Source: Epiperipatus broadwayi (lineage: Eukaryota > Animalia > Onychophora). From it: a stretch of 64,000 nucleotides of DNA. The stretch lies in NCBI GenBank assembly GCA_028023455.1, contig JAQFVV010000006.1, positions 434,001-498,000 of the forward strand, in the 5' to 3' direction. The position numbers and the translations under genes are program-made. Positions 51,201 through 61,920 of the stretch are shown piece by piece. The notes under the pieces were generated by a model. It was not told the origin of the DNA. It searched no databases and saw only the letters and a list, made by a program, of their open reading frames with translations. The stretch's first letter is position 1; every line of letters starts with the position of its first letter.

Positions 51201-54200
51201 CCAGTTGAATGTAAAAAGTATAAATGAAACTTTGATATTTCTAAAAACGTTTAACAATTCGTAGTCTAACATATAACTATAAGTTAATAAATTTATACAG
51301 AAGATATAATTTTTAAAAAGAATTACTTTTTCAAGAATTTCGCTGCAAGATTTCCCTCATATTTTGCATCATCACTCGAACTACTGCTTTCGTCCTCTGA
51401 ACTTTCTCCCCAATCCGTTTCATCTTCGTCCGATTCCTAAAAGGCAACAAATTTTTTTTTCATGAAAATACTTTTGTATCTCTTCCTATATTTGGAATTA
51501 AAAACAAAAAAAATTTACTCATCTTGATTTCTTTATTTTAGTCATTTTTAACTTGTTACATGATATACATTAAGTCAACATATTGCTAAGAGTATTATAT
51601 TTTATATTGATTTTTTTTTTTCTTAGCTGCATTGACGTAACAAAATAAGCTTTTTATTTTCTATTTTAATTTTTACATTTTTAGTTGTCTAAAAAATAAA
51701 ATATTAACTTTGTAAATAATAAAAAGCTTTCATTTTAATGGGTAGGCTATAAAGAAGTTTAAGAATGAATAATGATTATTGCCAAATTTAATATTTCTCA
51801 TACGTATCTTTCTACAGCGTAACTTCAAATAATCGAAACTCTCTTTAAAAAATTTAAATTAAACTTGTAAAAAATTCAGCTGAGTATTAGAATAATGGTT
51901 TTGACAGCTATTTAGTGTCTGATATCAATAATTTATCTTGATTAGTTTTCTATAAAAAGTTACAAATAATAAACAAACATAAGTAATGCCTATATATTTA
52001 GAAATAATAAATTTAATGAAATTAAAAAATAATAATAATAAAAAAGATAAATCGATTTTGAATAAATTTGTTTCATTTTCATGTTATAAGCAAGAGACAA
52101 TGCAGTACAAGCAGTGTAGCATTCTTTCACTTGTGCTCGATGTGACTAGACCATGCCTTATTAATTTTCAAAGGTTGAAAATATTATTTCGACTTAAAAT
52201 TTTTGTTGCAAATAGCTGAACTATATTGCTACATAACACGAGTTGATTGAGAAATGTCACTGCAGACGGCTTTGAGAAAACCAATCATCTTTTTACTGGG
52301 AAACACTGTATACGTATATAAACCTGTACACTTTTAATACCATAAAATAAAAAATAATACAATTTTGTTGATTAGCCTTTCACCCTCTTGTTGTCTTTAC
52401 AAAAATCTAATTTTAAAAACTAGTTTTCTTTTGCAAGCTTCATATCAAGTAATAAGTTTTTATCCCCAACTTTTTTTTGTCTTTGCTATTTTCTAAAGAA
52501 AATAATTTTTTCCCCGCTGAAAATAAAACTGATTGAACGACAAAAAAAAAAACACAGTGCTCACAACAAATAGACTTATTTAATTCCATTGTTTTAATTT
52601 TAAAATTCATATATATTAATTTATTTATAACAATGTTTATTATTATTATTATTATTATTCTTGTGTATTCAGGATTAATTTTAAAATGTTATTTAGGTAA
52701 ATTCTAAATCATGCTAAACTAATGAAATCTCACAGTAATATAAATTTAAAAGGCTTCTATAATTTTTGTTCAGATGTTAGAAGTTGAAAAATGGTAGGGA
52801 GCTAGTTTAATAATTATATAATACAAGTTTAATAATATTATTTAAATTAATATACATTTTTTTTAGAGAATTATAAATAAAAAAAATTTCTACCTACCTC
52901 ACCACCTTTAAGAAATTTGCTTTTAACATCCTGCAGGCCTATATCTGCTTTACCAATGGTAGGTGCGCCTTTGTTAAAAAAATCTGCTGCGCTAGAAATT
53001 TCTCCTTCTTCTGAATTAGATGCTAAAAATTATAAATAAATTCAATATCCACAAATTCTAAAATTAAACAGAGAATACATATATACAAAGTCACCCGTGT
53101 TTTATTTTCAAATTTAAAAATATAAAATAATATAAATAATCCAATAGCTATATTGTTCGAGAGTTGATACGAAGTCGGAGCACCGGAAATGTCAGTACTG
53201 GAATTGATCCAAAGATCTCAAATTACAGAATCTGATGTCCTATCATTTCACTAAATCATACAGAGCATTAAAGTAATTAAATGGTATTTTATATAACAAT
53301 ACTTCATGTTATTTAAATAATATAAAATAATGTGATGATTTAATGAGGAATGACTTTACAATAGTTAAGGTCATTCACTGCAAATTGGACAGGTAATAAA
53401 AATAATCTTACCTATAAAAATTATTTGCTAAACCGATACAATATAACTTTATTGTAAAAATAATAATCCTGAAAGGTTTTAGCCTGATAATAGTATTATA
53501 ACTGCTTTTTTCTTTTAACATCAACCACCCCCCATGGCATCTATTCTGTAATTTCAGCAATCACAATAAAAAGCAATCTCAAAACACAAAATACTGAAAT
53601 AAATATAACGTTCATTTCAGTGTCAGTCATGTGATCTTCCACACGATAGTAAGCTAGTTTTATGTTGTTGTGAAGTTAGCTAATAAATTTATCATTCAAG
53701 TTTTAAAAAAAAATTATATAAAATAGAATAAATAACTTAGAATACAATATTCCTCCTCATTATCATTGACTGCACTCAGTTATGAATATGAAGTCTAAGA
53801 ACTTCGAAAGCGCTTAGCGTTTATAAACTTATAAATAATATTTGTTTAATTCGCATGTTAATAAATTGGAAATAATAATTGAAAGTTTGCTAATCTTTCA
53901 CATGCGCTAAGACAGCCAATCAGATTTTAAACAGCCAAAATCTCTGTCGTGTGTCGAAGCCTGATCATTCTTAGGGCGGCTGTTTAAAATCTGATTGGCT
54001 GTCTTAGCGCATGTGAAAGATTAGCAAACTTTCAATTATTATAAACTTATAAACAAAATTAAACTTCTCTAACAAGCGTATTAGCGCAGAATTATTAGTA
54101 TTAGAATAAAGTATTAAATGTAATAATAATAGGTAAAGATCAAATTTGGAATAAATTATTAAACATCATATTTTCAAATAATAATAAATAATACAGTAGG

Positions 54201-57200
54201 TTTGTTAAATTTAAGAGAAACTAATAAATTATATAAACTATGTTAAACCGTTTCTGTTAACGAAGATTAAAAAAATGTATAGAATGACAAGAAAACAAAC
54301 TCCGTTAAATATACTAGTGTTAAACAAAATAGATTTTAAATTAGATTAAAAATAAGTTAATCAAAAGATTAAGCCTACTTTGAGATATGAGATTCAAAAA
54401 CAAGGGGAAAACTTAAGCAATTTAATAATTACAGTGTTTTGAAAATTCAATCAATTAAATAATGATGGTATTTTGAAAATTCTTATAATTAAAATAAAAT
54501 GAGATCATACAATGACAGTAAGAGAATATCAAAGGTGTTAAAAACAAAATCAAAGGGGGTATAAAGAAGAAATCAAAAGTATATATATAGTCAATTTTTC
54601 TTGAAATTATTCAGTATGGATTCTTGCTTTATTCAAGCTGCAGCAAACCATCATTAGGATGATTAATAGAAAAAAGGAAAAACTGCCAACTGCCTCCAAG
54701 ATATCTAGAAGAAATCTCTAATCAAAATGAAGGAAAAATGCTTAACCTTCAAATTTCAAAGATAGAAGATTGGTAAAGTACATTATAGCAACCTGTAAGG
54801 AAAGGAACAGGATTATAAATGGAATTAATTAAAGCATGCCACTGTGAGAGAAATATTAACCCATAAAAAGAAAAATTCTACAATAAACTGTAGAGAATTA
54901 AGACTTCAAAACTGTGTTATAAATTTTAAAAAAAAAAACTTTATGAATTAGATTATTATCCTAACATATTAACCATTTTAAGTTTTATTTGATGACCTCT
55001 TAGCATATATTTAATTCTAACAAACTATATTTTATTATGTATAGAGTGTTTATATAACATATTATTTAAATGATTGATTAAAGGAGTTAAGCCAATATTT
55101 TTTTTAAAAAATTTAGCGTTTATTGCTAAGCATCTATAAATAGTTCAACTGTGTTTTAAAGTAGCTGAAATAAAAAAATAAATATATTTAAAAAATTTTG
55201 CTTCATCTTTTCTTTATTATATATATTTATTAAAATTTTATCTTCTTTTAAAAAAAAAAGTTTTCTTTAATGTGAAATTGACAGCAAATATGTAAAGTTA
55301 TATATATTTCGGATGTAATATTCACTTTGATAAAGAATATAATGCATGCTTATAAAACATGCTAAGTGTATAAGTATTAACGGGTCGAGTGGTTGCAGCG
55401 TGTCAGATGCTAGCGGCAGCTAATTCATTGAATTTTTTCTTTTTTAAATTGCATGAAAACTATAATCATGACATCAACAGAAATCCCGGTATACATTGCT
55501 GCTTAAATCCCTCTTTAAAATGGCCTTATCACAAGTTGAAATCGGATAAAATTTTAATTTTTTATTAATAGGTGCATTTAATTTTTTTTTCTGGTCAGTT
55601 TATTAGATTATACGAAGATGACAAAGGCAGAATTGCTTTATTGGCCAGACTTGTTACTAAAATGAATTAAAAATGCACTAATGATTCACATTTCAAGGCC
55701 TTCAACACGATAAAAACATAATCGCAGAATATTGGTTGTAAGTATTCAATTTTAATTTTTTAATTATTTGAATAGTATTTTAAATTTTTTTTTAATTATT
55801 CGATAAATGATATAATTTATTAATGTGTTTGTGTTTGCATTGGTGTGTGTGTGTGTGGTATATAAATTATATAATATTAAATCATTTATGCTCTTTATTA
55901 TACAGTATATAAATTTGTATTCAAATATAACAAAAGTGTTTTATGTACAATGTAATTTTGGGTCTCTGATCCAAGTTTGAGGCAATCTTATTTTATAGGC
56001 ATAATGATTCTCAAAACGTTTAATAATTTATTAATGTGTTTATATTTGTATTAGTGTTTGCACTTGCATGTTTGTATTTGTATAACAAATAATGATTTAC
56101 ATATATAGAGCAGTGCAATAAAATTGATTATTAGATGTACAGAAAGGTTGCAGTTGATAAAGCAATCACAAAATTCACTGGGCATAGTACCATGTGAAAA
56201 TATAAACATTTAAAACCAATAAAGAGATTTCAAATGGTGTGCGTGTGGTGATACTCACAATGGTTATGTATATACCACATGGAATTGTATGCAGGCGAAG
56301 AATCAAATTCTGATTTTTGCCTATGCCTTGATACTCATGCTGTGCAGTCAGTAATTTTGCCACATCTTGCATCATATTATTTTCAAGTCTATAGCTAGCA
56401 AATGAGCTATATGCAAATAAATTATATCTCTGTGGGACAATAAATATAACAAGATAGCATCACTGATGTGCATAAAGAATATAAATATTACTGGTGAATA
56501 CAATAAATATAAAATGAAGAGATGAAACTCAGTTTATCATTGATACAGACAGTAGCCTACAATTTCTAGTTTTAGATAGACAAGAAGCCAATTGCTATGA
56601 TAGCAAATGCATATCCACCTTCTGGAAATAATTTGTTTTGTATCTTTTATTAGGATGAATCTTTTTTTATAGAAGCCTTTGAGATTTGTCACCTTTGGGG
56701 TACAAGATAAAAATGAAGAATTCTTATGCGAATACTTTTGGAGATTCTGACGCTATGGATTATCTCGGGTAAGAAGTATTATATATGGTTTGAATGAGAA
56801 TTTTGTGAGAAATACAAAGAAAATATCAATGAAAATGTAATTTAAACTGAATTAATGATAAATTAGAAATTATGAACAAACAATAAAGTAATAATTATTT
56901 CGGATGTTGAAATTTTTTTTATTGCCTTATTTTTTTAAATGGTAATCTTAGCCTTATTGCTTTCCTTACTTTTGACCAATGTAAAACTTTTTGTGAAAAT
57001 TGTATCTCAAGTCAGATTTTTTAAAAATTCAACATGACGCCCGGACCATTGACTAGTTAAAATAACGAGTATTATATTATTATTAATATTTTAAATAAAA
57101 GGTTTATTTTGAAATTCAATCGAGTTCATTTGTACATAAATTAGCACTCATTTTGATTACTGCTATATTTTATGTATGTAGAGCTTGTAATAAAAATGCA

Positions 57201-60200
57201 TCTGTTAGATCACTGTTTAACGGTTAAAATATATTACATCTACGTGGTGGATTTAGTCACGGCTTTTGTCTGTAAATTTAGGCTCAGATCAAAAGAACAA
57301 CCTCAGTTAATTAAATAGTGTTATTAAATTAAAGATTGGATTCAAAAAAATTATTTCTGTAATTAAGTTATTATTAAATCAGAATCCAGAACTTAAGTGG
57401 CCACTATGTAGAATTATCCTCTTGAGAAATGTGTATTGATTAAAATAATCCCATATTAGATATATATGTGTTACTAAGCTATGAAGCTAATGATATGAAT
57501 AAATGTATTGCATCTGTGAGGGTCAGTCATACATAGGATTATATCCAGGGTATATTAGAGGCCAGGGATAAACACTATGACAAGTGTGCTTGGTCGTAGA
57601 ACTATGTTAGTAATATAATATCTAATTGCAAGATTAGCGTTTTAAAATTAATCAAAATATACTTTGGACACTACTAATAACTATTATTGTTTCCCATTGT
57701 TCAGGTGAACTAAAAGTTAAAAGATAGGGGAGGAATGGCTTATTAAAATAATTACTGCCATTAAATTATAATTAATTATAAAGAAAATTATCACAAATTT
57801 TTGATATAGTCTGTAATGTAAATTCTGAAAACTACCAAACAACATCAAATAGAAAAAAGATTCTTATTTTTGGATAAAATATTTTTGAAATTAAAAAAAC
57901 TGTACTGAAGTGCAACAACTATTTTATTAACAGCATTATTCACTAATAGTTTATGATGTAGCTCTAAAACGGAGATGTAGAGATATGAAATAAACTATTA
58001 AAAGGATGGCACTTAATGGTAAATATTTTTATTTGATCTCATTATTCGATTGTGTAGTTATTTTGCTATATTCAAGCAGAGAATTTAACATGTATATAAA
58101 TGAATATATAAGGTTTTCATTTTAAAAAAGACTTTAGAATAATATTATTAAAATAAAAATGAAATCATTACAGACAACTGATCATAATATTTTCATTATA
58201 AAGCACTTTAATGATTACGTTAAAAATAATATCTGATTTCATTAATCAGATAAAAAAAAAAACAAATTAGTATAATTGTTGAAAAATTAATCTAAAAAAT
58301 AGGCATTTATTTCTATTTGCTGTTAAATTTACAGAACCTAATTATTGCAGAAAGAAATCATGTAAACTAAGATAATCAATTAATCAATCAATAATCATAA
58401 ATTAATAAAGAATATTCAGTATAAAACCGAATCATCTATTGTAAGCCAAAGAAATTAATGGACACTGAATACTATAATGCTAAAATATTTACATCTCCAG
58501 ACCACTTTCTGTCTTTTGCCTTCTTCAGTGAGGATTAAAAGTCAAAACTGGAACAAATGCACTTAAGGATCTAGTAATCATTCTTAAATCATTTATTTTA
58601 TGTAAGTTAATAGCCTAAAATTCAATATCCCTAAATTCTTGAACTCAGGTCAAATCATTTGCATACTTGTTTTATGTCAACTGTAAATCCCTTCAACTTC
58701 CTAGCTATGAAAATACCAATGATGACATCATAAGACATTCTCAGCTTGTTCTTACACTAATCAAAAGCAGTTCTCTTAAGAAGTTATTGCCATTATTAAT
58801 ATTCAGTACAAGTAATAAGTGAGCTAGTCTTTGTCCACACTATTTCTGAAACATTAAAAAAAAGTATTAATTCTTCAATATTAAAAATACAGATATGTTA
58901 GGAAAACTTGAATTCTAATTTAAATTTCCCTGGTATTATCCTGCAGCAAATCTTATTGTATTTTATATAAGTTTTAGATAATTTTATGAAACAAATAAAT
59001 AAATCCACATTTCTTTAATCACTTCGATTCCTCGTATGATAAAAGGGCTTTGGAAAAGTATTCTAAGGTTATATTGATTGCAGGTTTTCAACAAAGCTCT
59101 ATTTTATTTTCCTACTCGATCAATCCAATAGTTTCAAGTGACCAGAAGCCGTCTTCAGTGTTAAAATATATACAAGTATATACAAATATTAAAAAAAATA
59201 GTTTATCTAATCAATATAAATAACACAAACATTAAAGCCAATTTTTCATGGAATCCTTTCTATATCTTATTTTATTTATATTGAATATATATCCGCAAAG
59301 TCTATAGTACATTTGGGTCATAATAAAAGTAAAGGCAATCAATCTTTATCATTTCATATAATTTTTTTTCGTCTAATACTCATATAAAAAAATAAAAAAA
59401 TAAATTGTGTAGAATGGTGAAGATTTACTATCATTAACTTTATTATGATCTAAATGTAATATAAACTTTGAAGGTATATATTTAGTAAAAATATAATATA
59501 AAAAGAATTCAATGAATAATTGGCTATAATATTTATATTGTTTATATTGATTAGACAAATTATTTTTTTATATATTATTGTACGCTTATATATAGTTTAG
59601 CTCTGAAGAAGACTGCTGGTCAGTCGAAACTGTTAGATTAAAAAAATAACAAAGAACATTGTTAAAATGATTGAAGAAATGTGGACTTATTATTTGTTTT
59701 ATAAAATTAATCAGAACATAAAGGAGATATAATATGAAAGAAAGAATATAATACTTCATTTTAGATATTCATATAAATAAATCTTGAAAAACATCATAAA
59801 ATATTCTATAAAAAATAGAAATTTTATTTCTGGGCTTGTGTGTGCATATATATAATATATACTGTAATAATTTTATTAAAGCCATAAATAAAACATAGCT
59901 TATATAATATGTAACACTGATAATGAAAATCTATTCACAGAACCAAATCCAAAAAACAACATTATGATTATCCATAAGCCAAATTCTCAAGGAATCATTT
60001 AAATGAATTTGCAATATTGCCCCTTTTTTATAACAATGTCAATCTTTTATCATATTAAAAAAATGACCATTTTTTTATCTTACAAATGGATTGGCATTCA
60101 TTTAAATGATTTTCCAGGAATCTGATTGTGAATTTATCATAACATATCTAGATTTGTTTGCTCCATAAATAGGTTTATATATGTGTGTATATACCAAACA

Positions 60201-61920
60201 AACTATCACATGACTTCCCGTACTTACTTTCACCATCAGCATTAGGGGTTTTGTATTACTAGACTCTGATCAGCTTGCATCGTAAACGAACATTAGATGA
60301 TAGTGCAAAATCCAGATCAGTTTCTGGCTAAACGCCTTCTTTAGTTAAGAGCATCAAAATGTATATGTTAATATCCAATACCTATATCTATTTAGTTAAT
60401 TTTTTCCACAAACCTACCTTCATCTTCATCTTCGTCTTCATCTCCCATGTCAGGTAGCTAAAAAATATTGTTCAATTATTATATTACATACATAAAGAAG
60501 TTACTTTAATAGTATTGCTAAAATATATGGTAATCATTTGAATGACAATCCATCCTGCTCGGTAGCGTTGTTCTCCCAACAAAATGTCTTCATATACCGT
60601 TACCGGGCCACTACATTTTATTTACATATTATAACAAAGAAACCAATACACAGAAAACTTTTTTTAAAACATTTTTTTATTAATATCAAAAATTAAAATT
60701 CCTTTTTTGTAATATTTTTTTATTAAATAATTAATGTTTTTCAAAAACAATAATAAATATTTGTTCACTTTAGTAGGTTCCGATCAAAAAACGGAATTTC
60801 AAAACAAAAAAAAAATTTGACTGTTATTCTCGAGTAACATTACTTTTTACTACATAAACATTAAAATATAACAAATAAATGTAATCGAACGATTCCTAAT
60901 TTTGTGAATGCTGTAGCCTCATCTAGAGTAAGAAAAATTCCTTTTTAAAATTTTTTCAAAGAATTAAAGGTTTTTCAAAAACTTTAATAATAAATAAATA
61001 TTTGTTCACTTTACATTCCGATGAAAGAACGCAATTTCAATGCCGAAAAAAAAAAATATTGACTGCAATTCTCAACTAACTTACTTTTACTCCATAAAAA
61101 TTCAAACATAAAACAAAGAAATAAAACCGAACAATTCCTAATTTTGTGAAAGCTGTAGCCTCATCTCTTCTACGATGATAGGATTAGGTCTAGACCGATT
61201 CAACTCTTGCCACAGTGGCAGAAGCCATTTTTTTACAGTAACGGAAAATCTCGTGAGCTACGAGATTTCAGCTGTACCTCTGAAAAAACCCCAAATTTCA
61301 TGACTCACACATGTGAACAGGTTAGTAGACAGCTTTGTTACAGTGAGAAAATTTTTAGGACCTTACACTACTTCCTTTACTGTTCAAAAATAAAAACATA
61401 AACACATCTTACATAAATAGTATCCATTCGAAAAATTCAAACCTTATCATGAAAAAGTAATGACAGGTTAAGAGTCAGAATTTGTATAGATGGTAAACAA
61501 CAATACCTATCAAATGATAGGGCTGTCTAAGTGTCAATTGCGAGAGTAAATGATCGCAAAACACGCTGGCAGGTAAACATTATCCAAAACACTCAAGTTG
61601 TGCCTGAATAAACGGCGATTTTAAACTAGTTTTGGCTAACATCAGTGCCATCAGGCGTGATGGATTGTCATACAAATGAGACACGAAAATTAAATAATAA
61701 CATAGACTCATTTATTAAAAATCAAAAAATAATAATATCACTACCACTAAACAAAAAATTAAAATTTCAATAATAGGGTACATATCTTACTTACCTCTTT
61801 ATATTCTTGAATTTCTTTCTCGAAATCACGAATATATTTCCTTAATTTTTGCCTAAGGGTGCTTAAACTTTTTGAATTGTTTTTACTCATCGTTTTTCTG
61901 CCATCTCTGTCTTCCCAAGT
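24149..61920 (-). CDS. eIF3c: Eukaryotic translation initiation factor 3 subunit C, partial multi-exon gene (13 exons traced; 5' and 3' ends not seen)
   Basis: Exons with GT-AG sites and compatible phases translate to eIF3c motifs such as [69 protein letters not shown] and GPPESMREH; total 1833 nt in frame. Confidence 0.97.
25104..25187 (-). CDS. eIF3c: eIF3c exon ([27 protein letters not shown])
   Basis: Phase 1/1; canonical splice sites. Confidence 0.95.
25277..25430 (-). CDS. eIF3c: eIF3c exon ([16 protein letters not shown]...LLEIPYMA)
   Basis: Phase 0/1; follows a 12.4-kb intron. Confidence 0.96.
26601..27114. mobile_element. Inverted dimer of a tRNA-headed SINE-like element carrying a hammerhead motif
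   Basis: Arms of about 240 bp; minus-strand A box TGGCTCAGTTG and B box GGTTCGAATCCC followed by CUGAAGA-stem II-GAAAC. Confidence 0.75.
27390..28080 (+). mobile_element. Decayed LINE (RTE-like) RT fragment
   Basis: AEKVFDR, GMKIRVK and FKYL-like motifs; heavily frameshifted. Confidence 0.45.
28592..28705 (+). mobile_element. tRNA-derived retroposed element (SINE or tRNA pseudogene) with A tail
   Basis: A box tggtagccgagagg, B box gggttcgcttccc, 7-bp acceptor-like stem, A run, 15-bp TSD aagaatataaaccca (28577-28591, 28706-28720). Confidence 0.8.
28730..29150. repeat. MITE-like family (aaacccattcatggaacaaa...), related pieces near 29260-29450, 43310-43350, 43720-43900 and 60000-60180
   Basis: Tandem and inverted copies of the same motif. 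Confidence 0.55.
29545..29954 (+). mobile_element. Mariner deletion derivative
   Basis: TA-flanked catgagg ends; [16 protein letters not shown] (YSPDLAP motif) and [10 protein letters not shown]-terminus. Confidence 0.85.
30090..30134 (-). ncRNA. Hammerhead-like motif (A3-U8 variant)
   Basis: gcu-AUGAGUA-U-GAGAUU(ccaacauua)AAUCUC-GAAA-G-CG-CUA-agc. Confidence 0.6.
30286..31243. mobile_element. pogo/Tigger-like MITE
   Basis: TA-cacctgggtctc...gagacccaggtg-TA; extra internal right-end TIR at 30381-30396. Confidence 0.65.
33341..33400 (+). repeat. Perfect 30-bp tandem duplication
   Basis: tagtcatttatgtacacagtgccaaacact twice. Confidence 0.95.
37124..37310. repeat. Foldback insertion with 13-bp direct repeats
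   Basis: Arms of about 85-90 bp; flanked by aacacatatgata (37111-37123, 37311-37323). Confidence 0.8.
37876..38001 (-). CDS. eIF3c: eIF3c exon ([18 protein letters not shown]...GRAKELLAQ)
   Basis: Phase 0/0; conserved motif; not in the ORF track. Confidence 0.96.
38215..38421 (-). CDS. eIF3c: eIF3c exon ([22 protein letters not shown]...ADVPLQ)
   Basis: ttttcag acceptor, gtactg donor; 207 nt. Confidence 0.96.
40364..40489 (+). repeat. Perfect 63-bp tandem duplication
   Basis: tcaggccg...gagagg twice. Confidence 0.95.
42330..43080 (-). mobile_element. Decayed RTE LINE (RT C-terminal part)
   Basis: [25 protein letters not shown]; further LINE-like debris at about 41100-41750. Confidence 0.7.
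43464..43505 (-). ncRNA. Minimal type-I hammerhead-like motif with palindromic stem III
   Basis: uccuca-CUGACGA-A-GGC(cacaa)GCC-A-GAAA-C-UA-GUC-ugggga. Confidence 0.7.
44204..44327 (-). CDS. eIF3c: eIF3c exon ([22 protein letters not shown]...RIEHIYFK)
   Basis: Phase 2/0; donor gtacag, with an alternative in-frame gtcagc 6 nt further. Confidence 0.93.
44536..44751 (-). CDS. eIF3c: eIF3c exon (CLNHISELL...[31 protein letters not shown])
   Basis: Phase 2/2; near-identical to the conserved eIF3c segment. Confidence 0.96.
46000..46800 (+). mobile_element. Decayed Penelope-like RT fragment
   Basis: FIIDNTV...ISKG*PMG...YEGAIL...IFKY and FLDL-like motifs. Confidence 0.5.
46835..47065. repeat. 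Foldback following the PLE RT fragment
   Basis: Long imperfect inverted repeat centred near 46945; arm ends carry degenerate caaagcg(t)ttagc motifs. Confidence 0.75.
48057..48319 (-). CDS. eIF3c: eIF3c exon ([31 protein letters not shown]...DMWQ)
   Basis: Strong motif match; 91-nt upstream intron; gtgagt donor. Confidence 0.96.
48411..48558 (-). CDS. eIF3c: eIF3c exon ([15 protein letters not shown]...[15 protein letters not shown])
   Basis: Phase 2/0; GGEWE.V..G.P motif. Confidence 0.93.
50391..50704. repeat. Foldback of about 120-bp arms with three CUGAAGA hammerhead-like motifs
   Basis: Minus motifs at 50469-50505 and 50530-50561; plus motif at 50590-50627. Confidence 0.8.
51327..51436 (-). 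CDS. eIF3c: eIF3c exon ([13 protein letters not shown]...NLAAKFLK)
   Basis: Phase 0/2; acidic/Ser-rich segment with DW and LAAKFLKK motifs. Confidence 0.9.
52898..53022 (-). CDS. eIF3c: eIF3c exon ([18 protein letters not shown]...KSKFLKGGE)
   Basis: Phase 1/0; resembles human VSAATFLKK...RKFLKK; canonical splice sites. Confidence 0.85.
53779..53818 (+). ncRNA. Hammerhead-like motif (A3-U8 variant)
   Basis: guu-AUGAAUA-U-GAAGU(cuaaga)ACUUC-GAAA-G-CG-CUU-agc. Confidence 0.6.
53836..54042. repeat. Perfect 65-bp-arm hairpin flanked by 14-bp direct repeats
   Basis: Arms 53872-53936 and 53978-54042; tataaacttataaa at 53822-53835 and 54040-54053. Confidence 0.85.
55381..57056 (+). mobile_element. 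piggyBac remnant
   Basis: [33 protein letters not shown] and [11 protein letters not shown] motifs; TTAA at 57057-57060, possible left TTAA at 55377-55380 (left end uncertain). Confidence 0.65.
58495..58534 (-). ncRNA. Degenerate hammerhead-like motif, same family as 43464-43505
   Basis: uccuca-CUGAAGA-A-GGCAAAAGAC-A-GAAAGUGGUC-uggaga. Confidence 0.4.
59596..59640 (+). ncRNA. Hammerhead-like motif (CUGAAGA family)
   Basis: CUGAAGA-A-GACUG(cuggu)CAGUC-GAAA-C-U-GUU-ag; stem I only partly paired. Confidence 0.55.
60418..60457 (-). CDS. eIF3c: eIF3c 40-nt acidic exon ([13 protein letters not shown])
   Basis: tttag acceptor, gtaggt donor; phase 0/1 links the neighbouring exons in frame. Confidence 0.85.
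60730..61160 (+). repeat. Two diverged direct repeats (period about 240-250 bp)
   Basis: aataaatatttgttcacttt...ttcctaattttgtgaa.gctgtagcctcatct occurs twice. Confidence 0.75.
61795..61920 (-). CDS. eIF3c: eIF3c exon ([42 protein letters not shown])
   Basis: tttag acceptor, gtaag donor, phase 0/0; corresponds to human [29 protein letters not shown]. Confidence 0.95.
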
